From Octopus bimaculoides (Eukaryota): a DNA stretch of 64,000 nucleotides. Positions 38,215 through 52,039 of this stretch are shown piece by piece. The first letter of the stretch is position 1. The number at the start of each line of letters is the position of its first letter. The stretch is from contig NC_068987.1 in the NCBI RefSeq assembly GCF_001194135.2, positions 4,601,743-4,665,742 on the forward strand, in the 5' to 3' direction. Under the pieces are notes generated by a model. It did no database searches. It was not told the origin of the DNA and saw only the letters and a list, made by a program, of their open reading frames with translations. The translations under genes and the position numbers were made by a program.

Positions 38215-40496
38215 AATGGTAGAGATTTTCTTCAACTAAGAAATACAGAAATTTTGAAGAAAACAAAACTAATAGCATCAAATTTGAGGGCTGTGGGCCT
38301 ATGTTCTTTAAAAATTCCCAATGGCAAGATAATTCAGAGGTCATATGTGTTGTAAATCAGTTTATTAAAGATAGCTAAATAGATGAAAATAAGGTGATTA
38401 TGCAATTAAAAGGTCTGATTAGGTGTTTTATGATAGAGTTGATTTTGATGCTTAATATAGACCAGCCTTGCTAAAGCAGCTTATTATCATCATCATCATC
38501 ATCATAATCATTATCACTATCATCACCATTTTAACATCCATTTTGCCATTCCTGCATTGATCAGATGCGATTTGTTGAGATCAGTATACTGCAGCTGGAT
38601 GCTCTTCCTCTTGCCAAACCTAACCTGTTTCCAAGTAAGGTAATATTGGATATTAAAATGATGATGATAATGATGATGATGATGATGATGAAATAAATAG
38701 TTTTTAGCAAGATTTCAGAAAGAGGTGCTGTAATAACATATTTTGAAAATATATGTAAGGATGTGAATTGCTAAAATGGTTGGAATTGGTAACACCAAGA
38801 AACATATCTACCATCGATGGTTATTTTGTAGGAAAAATTCTTAACTAACAAAATAATGTAAAAAAAAAAAGCAGCAAAAAGTAAAGAAAAGAAAAAGTAA
38901 AATAGGAAATAGAAAATTCTTAAAAAAAAAAGTGGAATTGTAGATATTGTGATTGAAGATGAAGAAATTGTGCCAAAGTATGTGAATCACACCCACACTA
39001 GAAATGGTCAAGTCAATACAGAATAACAGTATCAGAAGCTAACCAAATTATGGAATCACTTAGTGATGAGAATATGGCTTATTGAGATAAATATATTAAA
39101 ATATGTACAAGTATCTTCACATATTTTGATATATTTAGTATTATTGATAATTTTGATAATAGTTATTTATTAATATTTTAAAAGGAATCCCCTACATAGG
39201 AAACTCAATTATAATAGTCATTATATGGAATAATATGCCATGGTACACAGCCCGGTGTTTAGGGTGTTGCACTCACAATCACCAGATCATGGGTTTAATT
39301 CTCAGGCTGGATGGTACATTGTGGTTCTTGAGCAAGACACTTCATTTCACATTATTCCAGTCCATTCAGCTGTAAATGTGTAACCCTGTATGGACTAGCA
39401 TCCTATCCAGGGGGAATGTTGGACAGTGGAGTGGTATCATTTGAAAGCTAAAACAATGCAAAGCGCACTGTGACCAGCAATGTAACAATATCCGATGGCT
39501 TGATATGAAATAATATTCTTTATATACTATATAGTTATCATATAGGATATTATATTTATTCATTTAATAATGGCAGATTAGTCTTAATTTGGTAATTTTT
39601 TATGTCTTCTAGAACCACATGCCGTATAATGGCATCATTGTGTGTTTAACCAAATCTGATCTTTATTCTTCAGTTTATTTAGCTCCATGGAAGTAGAATG
39701 GAAGTATCAGATCTTGGAATCTATCTGCAATAGATCCACTTCAGAATTCAGAGTTTGGCCCCCTTATGGGGTCAATAAATTAAGTACCAGTTGAGCACTG
39801 GGGCCGATGTAATCAACTTACTCCCTCCTTCAAAATTGCTGGCTCTGTGCCAAAATTTGAAACCAATATTTGTTTAATTTAGAGAGTGGCAATCAAGTTG
39901 ACCATCCTTGGTTTGGAAAAATCCATGATCCATAATGGTTTTGGAACCAAAGGTTCCGGTAAATCAATGTTATGCCTGTGGGTTTATCTACTTTGAGTTC
40001 CATCACTAAAAAACTAATTACATTTTTTTAATTTACATCAGAATATGTGGGTTGCCCTTACAAAAATATCTCTGTTTGGCTATTCTTTACTGTGTCTACG
40101 GAACCATTTAATAGAATTTATGATGGGTTTGGTTCTATTTAAATGTTAAACGAAAGAGTAACAGGTTTGATTCCATTGACTGCAGGAACTGTTTTGACTC
40201 AACCATTAGAATAAAGAACAATAGACAAACCTCTTGGCTGGTGTCTTCAGCAGGGGCCTTAAGTAACATAAAGGTAAATCAAAAAAGAAACAGATAAATA
40301 TACAACAATATATGACAACAATAACAACAATAACAACAGTCAATAAAAAAATAAAGCAACAATAACAGAAAAACTACCAATTTTTACTTCCTTTTTTTCC
40401 TCCTGATTTTAATTAGTTTAATACTACCCCTCACTCATCCATCCCTGCAAACACACATTCACATATTCAGGGACGATTATGACAAGGGTTCTAGTT

Positions 40497-40672
40497 TAGT
40501 TCTATATTTAAGAGATGAAGAATTATGTACATTATTTACATTATTTACATTTGACGGATATTTGTCCTCATCTTGTTTGTTGTTAATGTTTCGGCTGATA
40601 TACCCTCCAGCCTTCATCAGGTGTCTTGGGGAAATTTCCAACCTGGGTTCTCATTCCTAAGGTATTTTTCGA

Positions 40673-40738
<66 letters not shown>

Positions 40739-40752
40739 TATTATTATTATTA
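40497..40752 (-). mobile_element. Same SINE family, copy 3, truncated in the (AAT)n linker
   Basis: Near-identical body, hammerhead helix I/III damaged, possible 8-bp TSD TTCTAGTT (40489-40496 / 40753-40760). Confidence 0.8.
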
Positions 40753-42771
40753 TTCTAGTTGATTCGATTAAGAGAACAGCCAGCTCATGAAATTAATGTG
40801 CAAGTGGCTGAGTACTTCTCAGGGAGATTCAGCCTGACACAGAATGTGATAAAGCTGCTCCTTTGTATTCCAGGTACAACTCATATCAACCAGCTGAGTG
40901 GACTGGGGCAATGTGGAATAAAGTGTCTTGCTTAAGGACTCAATGTACCACTGAAAATCAAACTCTCACCCTTACAGTTCTGAATTAAATACCCTAACCA
41001 TTAAGCCATAGGCCACATCCCTTCACATTACAAGTAAAATCCTCAAATGCTATGAAACCAAGCAATATTATTTGCTTTTTATTTGTTCACTGATGAATAA
41101 ATGTATAATGGGAGGAACATCAAAATTAATGTTTATTTAGATTCTACTAAACTGTTACATGATTTTCTTACCAGTGCACCGTGCGTCTGTCGAGTGGGCA
41201 GAATATTGTTTACAAAGTAAGTCTTGCGCCGACAGATAAATAGAAAGATACACAGAATAACTACGATTTTTAAAACGAACGAAGATAAACAGCGGGTGTT
41301 ATCTATGGCCTCCAGGAGACGGGTTAAAATTAGAGAAAGCTGATCTTCTCTTTGGTGAGATGTTTGAGGGTGAAGGAAAATTTACTTGTAAACATAATGA
41401 CCAAACGAAGACGATATTGAACGAGCAGTTCGTAGTTTATGAGTTCATTCTCACATTAGGCAGCTTATTGGAATAAACTCTTGGCAGCCTTCTTAATAAC
41501 TTACATCTCAGTACATCTAACATCTAACTGTTGGGAAATAAGTATTAGATCTTAAAGGAATGCTACTTGTGTTAGTTTGGTGTTTCAATTAAGTCTACTC
41601 AGACAGGGACACACACACAGATGTATTAAACATTATTACTGAAGAGTTTGGTGTCTTCTTTGTATACACAATAACCATGAAGTGCTATTTGTGCTGAAGT
41701 GTAAACTCTTATGTTCACACAAACAGACAGTTACATGTGTGAAGGGTTCAAGTAGAAATGGTGTTTTGATTAGCAGTTCACAAGTTGCAGAGTTTATGTT
41801 TCTCACAAGTGTTTTGCTGTGTCTGTGGTCAGAGCACTTAGCTCTAAAGTCTCATCAGTTCATTGGGGTGTAAGGGAAATTAGTATAAAATATCCCGGGC
41901 AGAAATAAACTCTTAAACTCATATCCTATTCAAATGGAGAAGATTTAACTTTCAACAGCAGCAGCAGCATCACCACCACCACCACCACGTCAGTTTGCCA
42001 TACTGGCATGGGTTGGACGGTTTAATTGGGGACTGGCAAGCCAGGAGGCCTCACCAGGCTCCAATCTGATCTGGCAATGTTTCTACAGCTGGATACCCTC
42101 CCTAATGCCAACCACTCTCAGAGAGACACATTTCCTTAACTGAACTAATAGTTCTCTGAACTTGCAATTCTTTCCTGCAACATTCTAACCACATGTCCAA
42201 AGCACTGTAGCTGTGACCTCTCAATGTGGAGACGTAACCATAACAACACCATTGCCATAACTGAATATCTGCTGGCAAGCCTAAACAATTTCAGAAAGAA
42301 TTACTTGTGCAAGAATGACAAAAAAACAACAACAACAAGTACCAAACCAATGTTGATAAAGAGAGGAATAAAGCATATGTTTGCAAAAATGAAAGGAATA
42401 TCATCTGAGACAAACAGACGTATCAAGCTGCTTACTGAATGCCATGACTGAACAAATGGGGAACAACAATAAACAGAATGGCATGTAATGGGGTTGGACT
42501 TACATACATCCACACATTTAGACTGGTTTACCACCAGTGGGATGGATGAGTGAATAAATATATAGACAGAGAAACAAAGAAAAATATATAAAATATATTA
42601 ACAAACACATATATAAACAGGATGGATATTTGAACAAGCAGTTAAAGACAATTAATCCATAAGACACACAGACATGTTCTCGCATACAGAAGACAAACAA
42701 CAATCTTGACCGAGGAATATTCAACCACAAGAACGTATTCTAACAATGCCATAGTATTAATCTGATATATG

Positions 42772-42825
<54 letters not shown>

Positions 42826-45800
42826 CAGGTATATCAACAAAAGTAATTAAGGTACAAAAATAATGAAGTAATTACACTAAAGTTTGCTGAAACAAAAAAA
42901 TAGATTTCATATTAGTGAAGAACCTGGAAAAAAAAAATTATAGATTAATTATTGCAACATTGTGATTTGACAGAAATACAAGAAATAGAGATGAAAATAG
43001 TAATAATGAAAGAAGTTTTAAGATTAAGTTAACCAAAATTGGAAGTCTTGCCAGTTCATTGGGTTTTGTTTTGTTTTTTTTTTTCATGATGGAGTCAACA
43101 GCAGAGATAGAAATAGAAAAAAAGGAATAGTAAAAATGAAATAGGAAAATAACAAACAAGACTACAGAATGCAGAGAAATAAAAGAAAGAAAAAACACAA
43201 GAAGTGTATTTTTAAGAGTAATTCTATCAACAAAGACAATGGTAACATAAAAGAAAGGTTTTTCAGTTGTTTTCTTAATTTTTGATACGAAATTTATAAA
43301 GCTTTTTAAAACTATAGATTATAAATTAAATTAAGCTAAACTCAGAGTTTAAATTCCTACATTTACTCATTTATGAGTTGCACTTGTCTATAAGTTGCAT
43401 CCCTAATTTAGCGTTAAATTTTAGTACAAATTTTTTTTCCCTTCATAGTTTTAGCTTTGCCCTGGACATAGGGTGCTCTGGGGTTTGTTTTTTTTAAAAT
43501 TAAATTCAAGCATAGTGAGACTTATACACAAATAAGTACAATATATATCCTTATATATTTGTGAATGTATATATGTATATGTATGCACGGGCTCTGAAGA
43601 TGATAGTATTTGTTAAGGTCATTTAATTTGTTTCAATCGATCAGTCAACCAATTGAGTAAATGGAATTATGAATGCACCTAAAATGCATATCAGAAACAG
43701 CTGTAAGTCTACAATGCACAAATAAACAAATAAATATCTAAAGCCCATTATTTACATCTTTTCTTGTGTGTATGTATATATGTGTATATATATATATATA
43801 TATATACATATACACTCACACACTGTATTTATTTATATATAAGTCACACTCTTAATTTAGTGTTAAATCTTATTACAAATTTTTCCCTTTTGTAGTTTTA
43901 GTATCACCCTACATATAAGTCACACCCCAGTTTATCTAAAAACTGAAACCGTATCACAAATTCTGATTGCATTTCAGTTGCAGTACTTAACACATCGAAA
44001 TAAAATATAATAAAGATAACATTCACGGAAGTGGTTAAGTTTTGCTTTGTTTGTGACAACGTTTACTGTTGTTATTTTTTGCCATTCTTTATAGTTGTGC
44101 AACTCAGTGATCATTTATAAAAAAACTTATATCATCCCTAATTATTCTAAGGTTTTGCCAAAACAGATTACGCATTACTAGGGAGGTTTAATAATAGCGA
44201 AACATGGTCAAAGTTATCACCATACAATTAAAGACTAAACTCAGTCCTCACCACATTCTGTTTAATTTTAATTAATTTAAATCATGAGGTTATCTCCCCT
44301 GACTTTCATGCCTTGGATAAGTCATTTGCATATTTTTTTGTTTTCCCCTTCATCACTAGGTGTGTAATTTTAATTAATTAAAACTATTTGGTTTATTACA
44401 TCAAGTATGTTAGCACTCACTTTACTATTAATATTTCATGCAGCAGGCATCTCTAGGTATCCCCCCCCCCACCATTCTTCTATCTATCAACCTTTCTCCT
44501 GAAGACATTTTAGGTTAGTTATTGCTTTATTTATTTATTTACTATGTAAAATCATTTGGTGAAAAAGACAGGGTGAAGACAATATGGAAAAGAAAAAGGT
44601 AAGGAAAATAGAGAACGATGCAATAGAGCTTATTTGTAAGTGGATAAGTTAATCTAGTTTATAAGGAAGTAAGTCTATCTAATTTAGATATAAAGTGTAG
44701 TTAGTACCACTTGTTTCCATGGTTATGGTCAGAAAACTATCGACAAACAAAGGGGGTTAGCAGTTGACTCTGATAGAAGATGTAAGTTTATATCTCTTCA
44801 GAAGAATGAAAAGTAGCCGCAAGTATCTAATGTACAGATTGAAATGCTTGGATTTATTTTTTTTCAACAGGTAAATCTTAATGCTATTACTTAAAATAAT
44901 ATACGATGATAATAACCTTAATTAAAATCTATCTTAAAGTTTCCAGCTCTGTCAAACACTAACAACTTTCTCACTGAAATGAATGATTATTTCAATACAA
45001 ATTGCTATATATTTTGTTTTTCACGTTAATTCTTCCCTTAAATATATAACCGGAAAATTATTGTTTAGATAAATAACTTAAAATTAATCTAGTCCTTAAA
45101 AAAAAAAAAATAAATAAAATCAGTTTCCTCTTCTTTGCATGGCTTCTCCATTTCCTAAGGTACTGGTACCTAGTTAGTTGCCTTACCATTTCCTCCAGTT
45201 CTCCTTCTTTTCAGTAGTTTATCATATTAATAGATAATATGATAAATTAATAAATAAAATCCATATAAAGCAAAATTTAATGCCATAATAGTGATTTCAA
45301 GCTTTTTTTTTAAATTCTGTATATGAAGCATTTTACCCCTGTACAGGAAGCTGTTATATTAAGCAAGACATCTATATAGACCAAAATACAGACAAGTTAC
45401 ATATGTTACACTGACAATTCTACAACAATGTTTATTTACAAACAGCAGCCCTTGCTTGAAATAGCTTTAGAAAATGGCATCAGTTAAGAGCCTAAGTGCA
45501 GATTTACATTGCATCAAAATTATAAAACCACTGACGTGAATATAAAGTAGCAGTTGTTATGATTATTTTCTCTTTTTCTTTACAAAAAAGCAGTTCTTCA
45601 ATGGCATATGTAAATAGCCGAATCTGGCTATAAAAGCTACAAAGAAACCCATAAGCAAATTTTGATAAGACACACCCAATACATTAGCCATGATGATAAG
45701 TGTCAGCTATTCATTACACATTATAAGCTTTACGATCATCGTTATAGTGTTAGATATCAAATACTTATAAATAGAAGCACAACCTTTCGACCACTGTTGG

Positions 45801-45953
45801 ATCTCCTTTGTATCTGGAAGCCCTGAAAAATTATGCCTTTTCATGTAATGAACTATTCTAGATGCTTTTGTGCTAAAAAAACAAAAAAATATAAGAACAG
45901 AGCTTGTTGTCAACTAAATAAACACTGACAATAAGAGTTCTCTTACCCACTGC

Positions 45954-45984
<31 letters not shown>

Positions 45985-46001
45985 CAGATACATACATATA
46001 C

Positions 46002-46035
<34 letters not shown>

Positions 46036-46456
46036 NNNNNNNNNNNNNNNNNNNNNNNNNNNNNNNNNNNNNNNNNNNNNNNNNNNNNNNNNNNNNNNNN
46101 NNNNNNNNNNNNNNNNNNNNNNNNNNNNNNNNNNNNNNNNNNNNNNNNNNNNNNNNNNNNNNNNNNNNNNNNNNNNNNNNNNNNNNNNNNNNNNNNNNNN
46201 NNNNNNNNNNNNNNNNNNNNNNNNNNNNNNNNNNNNNNNNNNNNNNNNNNNNNNNNNNNNNNNNNNNNNNNNNNNNNNNNNNNNNNNNNNNNNNNNNNNN
46301 NNNNNNNNNNNNNNNNNNNNNNNNNNNNNNNNNNNNNNNNNNNNNNNNNNNNNNNNNNNNNNNNNNNNNNNNNNNNNNNNNNNNNNNNNNNNNNNNNNNN
46401 NNNNNNNNNNNNNNNNNNNNNNNNNNNNNNNNNNNNNNNNNNNNNNNNNNNNNNNN

Positions 46457-46502
<46 letters not shown>

Positions 46503-46526
46503 CAGACACACACATACATAGATAGT

Positions 46527-46805
46527 CTAAGACACACCTCACTGATGCTTTGGAATACATCTTCAAAGATGTTTCTAGAGTCTTAGAAGATTTCAGGTCT
46601 TTTAACATCAAACCCCTTCACTCAGTCGGCTCAGCTGGGATTAATCAAATCCCAACTTGCATCCCAATAGCTGGAAACTACCAGCCTGTTCTCTTTATCC
46701 AAATCCATCCGAGTGGAATCGAATTTATGGTGCTTTTCTTTGCTGCGCCAGTAACTCCAAGCCCAGTCAGTGTTTTATGGCATAAACGAATCTGCATTTC
46801 CTTAG
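46527..46805 (-). mobile_element. Decayed 3' end of a HERO/NeSL-like non-LTR retrotransposon
   Basis: Minus-strand frame LCHKTLTGLGVTGAAKKSTI..WIWIKRTGW*, then a UTR aligning to 7140-7230 (tgatgtt..aagac/ggacc..aaacatc..gatgtat..gcatcag). Confidence 0.7.
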
Positions 46806-47835
46806 ACCAAACTAATAAATGTTTACCATTTCTATCATTCGCTCTTCATAAATATACACACCACTAAATTCAGTAGTTATTTAAGCAATGTGGTCATGGA
46901 TATTTAATAGGTTGGATGTGGCACTGAAGAAACAGCAATAACTCCTGAAATGTGCATATACACGCATTACCTATTTTTCTATCTTTGATCACATTGTTTA
47001 CATAGACATATTCCAACACCAAACGTCATAACTTTCAGTGTTGGCTATAACTGTGATAGAAAATCTGTAGAGATAACATTAAGAAGTGATTGAATAGCAC
47101 TGCTAACACAAGAAGGACAAAGTATTGACTTATAAGACTTTAATATGCTTGGGAGTATATCATCATTGCATAATGAAATATGGTCTCCCTACCAACAATA
47201 TATATACATATGTATGTATATATATACATACATATATATCTATATATCTATATATATATATATATATATATNNNNNNNNNNNNNNNNNNNNNNNNNNNNN
47301 NNNNNNNNNNNNNNNNNNNNNNNNNNNNNNNNNNNNNNNNNNNNNNNNNNNNNNNNNNNNNNNNNNNNNNNNNNNNNNNNNNNNNNNNNNNNNNNNNNNN
47401 NNNNNNNNNNNNNNNNNNNNNNNNNNNNNNNNNNNNNNNNNNNNNNNNNNNNNNNNNNNNNNNNNNNNNNNNNNNNNNNNNNNNNNNNNNNNNNNNNNNN
47501 NNNNNNNNNNNNNNNNNNNNNNNNNNNNNNNNNNNNNNNNNNNNNNNNNNNNNNNNNNNNNNNNNNNNNNNNNNNNNNNNNNNNNNNNNNNNNNNNNNNN
47601 NNNNNNNNNNNNNNNNNNNNNNNNNNNNNNNNNNNNNNNNNNNNNNNNNNNNNNNNNNNNNNNNNNNNNNNNNNNNNNNNNNNNNNNNNNNNNNNNNNNN
47701 NNNNNNNNNNNNNNNNNNNNNNNNNNNNNNNNNNNNNNNNNNNNNNNNNNNNNNNNNNNNNNNNNNNNNNNNNNNNNNNNNNNNNNNNNNNNNNNNNNNN
47801 NNNNNNNNNNNNNNNNNNNNNNNNNNNNNNNNNNN

Positions 47836-47877
<42 letters not shown>

Positions 47878-47887
47878 TGTGTGTGTT

Positions 47888-47920
<33 letters not shown>

Positions 47921-48147
47921 GTGTTTTGCTCATGTGTGTGTGTGTATCATTGTGCTTGTTCCTCACCACCACTTGACAACTTGTATTGGTATACTTACAT
48001 CACCATAACTTAGTGGTTCAGCAAAAGAGATCAACAGAATAAATACCAGACTTTAACAAATAAGTAATGAGAGAGAAGGGCTTAGAAAAATTTTCTAGCT
48101 TATATGCTGAGAAATAGATGGTAAATCGTTTCACCACTCTTTGACTT

Positions 48148-48240
48148 ATATATTGGACTTATATATATTATTATGTGAACAATATGTAAATTATATATTG
48201 GACTTATATATATTATTATGTGAACAATATGTCAATTATA
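48148..48240. repeat. 46-bp direct tandem duplication
   Basis: TATTGGACTTATATATATTATTATGTGAACAATATGT(A/C)AATTATA occurs twice. Confidence 0.9.
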
Positions 48241-48532
48241 ATTGTTATATTGCTCTAATTCAGTTCTGTTCTGACTAGGTATTGAGCTGAGTTTGATGAC
48301 TTTGCCTTGTTTAGTAAATATATTTGTATTTTGTTAAGTTGCACAAATAATAGTTCTTCTAATTTGCATACTGCTTTGTCTTGCACGTGGATTTTTTGGT
48401 TCTGCTTTAATCAGCGTGTATTTTAGAATATATATTGCTCGCGTGTTCACTCCATTATTTGTTAGTTGGCTGGTATTCAAATAATGTAATAATTCTGTAT
48501 TAAAACATAACAATAGTATATATGTATTATAG

Positions 48533-48840
48533 TGGAGGCGCAATGGCCCAGTGGTTAGGGCAGCGGACTCGCGGTCGGAGGATCGTGGTTTCGATTCCCA
48601 GACCGGGCGTTGTGTGTGTTTATTGAGCGAAAACACCTAAAGCTTCACAAGGCTCTGGCAGGGGATGGTGGTGACCCCTGTTGTACTCTTTCGCCCCAAC
48701 TTTCTCTCACTCTTTCTCCCTGTTTCTTGAGTAACACTGCGATGGACTGGTATCCCATCCAGCTGGGGGGGAACACATACGTCATAGAAACCGGGAAACC
48801 GGGCCCATGAGCCTGGCTAGGCTTTGAAAGGGTGACGTTT
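48533..48840 (+). mobile_element. Young tRNA-derived SINE with a V-SINE-like central motif
   Basis: A box TGGCCCAGTGG, B box GGTTTCGATTCC, CpGs retained, motif CTGCGATGGACTGGTATCCCATCCAG, perfect 14-bp TSD TATATGTATTATAG (48519-48532 / 48841-48854). Confidence 0.9.
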
Positions 48841-48998
48841 TATATGTATTATAGCCAAAGTGAGCAGTCCAATTGATATTTGGTTGAACTACAATGAGAG
48901 AGCAATATTACATCACATGCAGCATGGATAAATGAGACAGCAATGAATTATTATTAGCACATACATTACAAGGGTTAAAGTCAAACCACACTATTTAC

Positions 48999-49043
48999 CT
49001 CCCTATCATCACCACCGCGTCTTCTGCGGGAACGTCTGGTATC
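48999..49043 (-). CDS. Coding exon 3 (15 codons, DTRRSRRRRGGDDRE)
   Basis: Acceptor tgtgctgttttcag|GAT, donor GAG|GTAAAT, phase 0/0; CpG retained in Arg codons. Confidence 0.85.
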
Positions 49044-50019
49044 CTGAAAACAGCACACAAACGCAATTGTGCAGATTTTGTTAACAACATACCATATTAT
49101 GATTTTTGATCATTTGTTTATGAATAATTAATGAAATATTTTTTGTAAAATAACCAAACAACACAAGAAAGAAGATTTATTGGAAAATTCATTTGTTAGA
49201 AATCAAGATGGAGGAGAAATTCATCCCTCTGGATTATTAGTATTGAATGCTGGGAGTTTTGAAAAACATTGTTTTGTCAAATATATATTATTGAATAAGA
49301 TTTAACATTTTAATAATTTGTTATTAACAGCAAAGGGTTTTTCCTTAAATATCTAAATTAATTCCAGAAAATATCTAAGAAAATTTCGTTTTTGTATTTG
49401 GTCTGCAAGTGCAAGATTCTTGATGTGAACACAGGTATTGAAACATATTTTGCTGTATGTTGGGAGGGTCACATGTGAATAATAAACACATGCTCTGGTT
49501 CTATTGCACTTTATTTGTCAATTGTCAATTGTTTAACCATTTAACCAATTAAGTAATTGACTGTTTAATTAATTTGATTACTCATTCAGTCAATCAAATA
49601 ATTAGGTTTGTAAACTCTTTTTGTCACCATTTGCAACCTCATAAATGACATGCCATCTCTATTGCAGGTCTACTTCAGAAGTCTGCTTAAGAAAACGATC
49701 AAAATGAAGCTTTTGCTTTCTGTGTATTTCAGTTTTACTATTTAAAACCTATTTTCTAAGATTCAGTCCAGTAGGATATGTCTTTGTCAGATAAAATATA
49801 CTTTACAGTGTCAAAGACACATATTAAGCCATTCAGAAACACACGGAAAAAACTATTAGTTTCACTTAAACATTTATTATTTGGTGAGAAAATGTTCCTC
49901 ACACCAGCTGCAACCTGGTCACTGACACAGTTCTCTAGCAGCAATTTCAGTTGGTCATCACCCCTACTCTTTATTCTGTGACACTTGCCTGCATAATTTG
50001 TGTTCACATGTAACTACTA

Positions 50020-50280
50020 CTGCTACTACTAATACCACATGTTCTACAAGTAGTAGCACCTGTAACCCTAGTACCACATGTCCTAAAAGCAGTAGCACTA
50101 GTACCACATGTTCCATGCTTGTACCACATGTCCTTAAAGCAGAAGTACTAGTACCACATTTCATAAAAGTCACAGCAGAAACAGTACATGTTCCAGAAAT
50201 AGCAGTAAAAGCAGCTGTTGTAAAGCTAGTACCAAATGTCAGGGGAGCAGTACTGGTCCCTCATGTCTGATTAGTGGCAA
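50020..50280. repeat. Degenerate minisatellite of about 30 bp with core CTAGTACCACATGT
   Basis: GTACCACAT recurs about 5 times, with further diverged units. Confidence 0.7.
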
Positions 50281-51735
50281 TACCAGTAATACTAGGTAAC
50301 TGGAGTAACAATAGTAGCAATAGTAATGAAACAACTAGTTTTTAAAATTTTGTATTAAACTTATAAGTCTGGTCTACACAAGTGAGGCAATATTTATTTA
50401 AAATAGCCACCTGTGTATCATACTTAAGGGTATATACACTGGTGATAGGCCAGAAATGGATCCAAAATGCCAAAACGCATCTGGTGTTCTCGCTGACCAC
50501 TGAGGAGACAAATTTTCGTCTCCCCCTGATATTTTGTGTTTTTTTTTTAACACAGTATGTCCACAAGAGTTGTTACCTCAGGACAAATAGCACAGAAACT
50601 GGCCTGTCAACAATATATATACATTAAGTATGACACATAGATGGATACTTTGAAGTAATATTGACCATTTTAATAAAAAGAAACTTAAAATAAAAAAATT
50701 GTCAAGGAATTTCATGCAAAAAAAAGTAATATTAAATGATCATGGTTGCTTTTGACTACATTTTCAATACAAAGATATCTCAAGTATTGATTGAAAATCT
50801 AGAGAAAAATCATGGAATTTCAAAGAATTTCAAAGAAAATTTCCAAGGAGACTTCTTTTCTCTAACATTGTACATACACAGTCACTAAAATATAGACAGA
50901 AATGTTGTGTATATTATAGTTTATAGAGTGTAACTAGATATATGAAATAAAGCTGCTTCCTGAATTATACAGACTCACAGAATTGGTTTCCTGGTTTCTG
51001 TGTGAGTATTCCTGAGAAGCGCCTGGTGTACATGTCATCAAAGAGCTTTTGAAGCATTTTTCTTCATGACCCAGGCTTTGGTTGCATACTTAAGAATGTT
51101 CTCTACACGAATGTTCTCTACATGAGCCCTGAATTTTGAACAGTTTAAAGGTGTAATAAATTGGTTTGCCATAAAGAATTGGGAAAATTAAATACTTCAA
51201 TAGGGTTTCTGTGGATCTTACTTTTTACGATACATGAACTAAGTAATAGATAGATATGTCTAATGGTGTGTGCATGACAAATTCTCTACTAATCAAATTT
51301 ATTATCAGAGAGATTTGTGCTTTCTTAGGGTACAACTTTACATCAAGCTGACATGAGAAATTTATAATGGTAGATACATTCAGATATCTTTTACTTCTCA
51401 AATATTTTCTAATGTGATACTAATATCAGGGTACCTAAAGAATACTTTGACTTTAAAGTCTCAAAAGAATGTTTGTTCTGCACAAAGAAATAGTTTATTA
51501 GATCAAAGTATGACTAGTGACCAAATGCGTATGTACAAAAAGTAAAGACTCAAATAAAAAATGGAAATTTTCAGAACAATAAAAAGAAACATATTGTTCT
51601 TGATAAGATCGTTGATGCAGAACAAGTTAATAAATCAGTCAAGAAAAAAAACCCACTCCTAAGTTATTTTTTAATAAATGATAAATTTAAAATAAGATCA
51701 AATTATGTTTAACAGTTTTCATGCAGGAAATGCAG

Positions 51736-52039
51736 GCTCAAGATGAACCAAGTTTACCAGATGTTCAACAACAGCTCAAGTTGAGCCAAATTTACCAGAT
51801 GTTCAGTGAAGGCTCAAGTTGAACCAAATTCACCAGATGTTCAGCGAAGGCTCAAGTTGAACCAAATTTACCAGATGTCCAGTGACAGCTCAAGTTGAGC
51901 CAAATTTACCAGATGTTTAGTGAAGGCTCAAGTTGAGCCAAATTTACCAAATGTTTAGTGTTAGCTCAAATTGAGCCGAATTTACCAGATGTTCAATGAC
52001 AGCTCAAGCTGAGCTAAATTTACCAGATATTCAGAGACA
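51736..52039. repeat. Minisatellite, 8 x 38 bp (GCTCAAGTTGAGCCAAATTTACCAGATGTTCAGTGAAG)
   Basis: Eight units counted directly; 8 x 38 = 304 bp fits the coordinates exactly. Confidence 0.95.

Noticed and set aside
46550-46867. 105-aa plus-strand ORF
   Set aside because: Antisense shadow of the HERO-like fragment.
51736-52039. CRISPR-like array, or coding repeat AQVEPNLPDVQ
   Set aside because: No unique spacers or cas genes, eukaryotic context; the 38-bp period breaks the frame and several units contain TGA.
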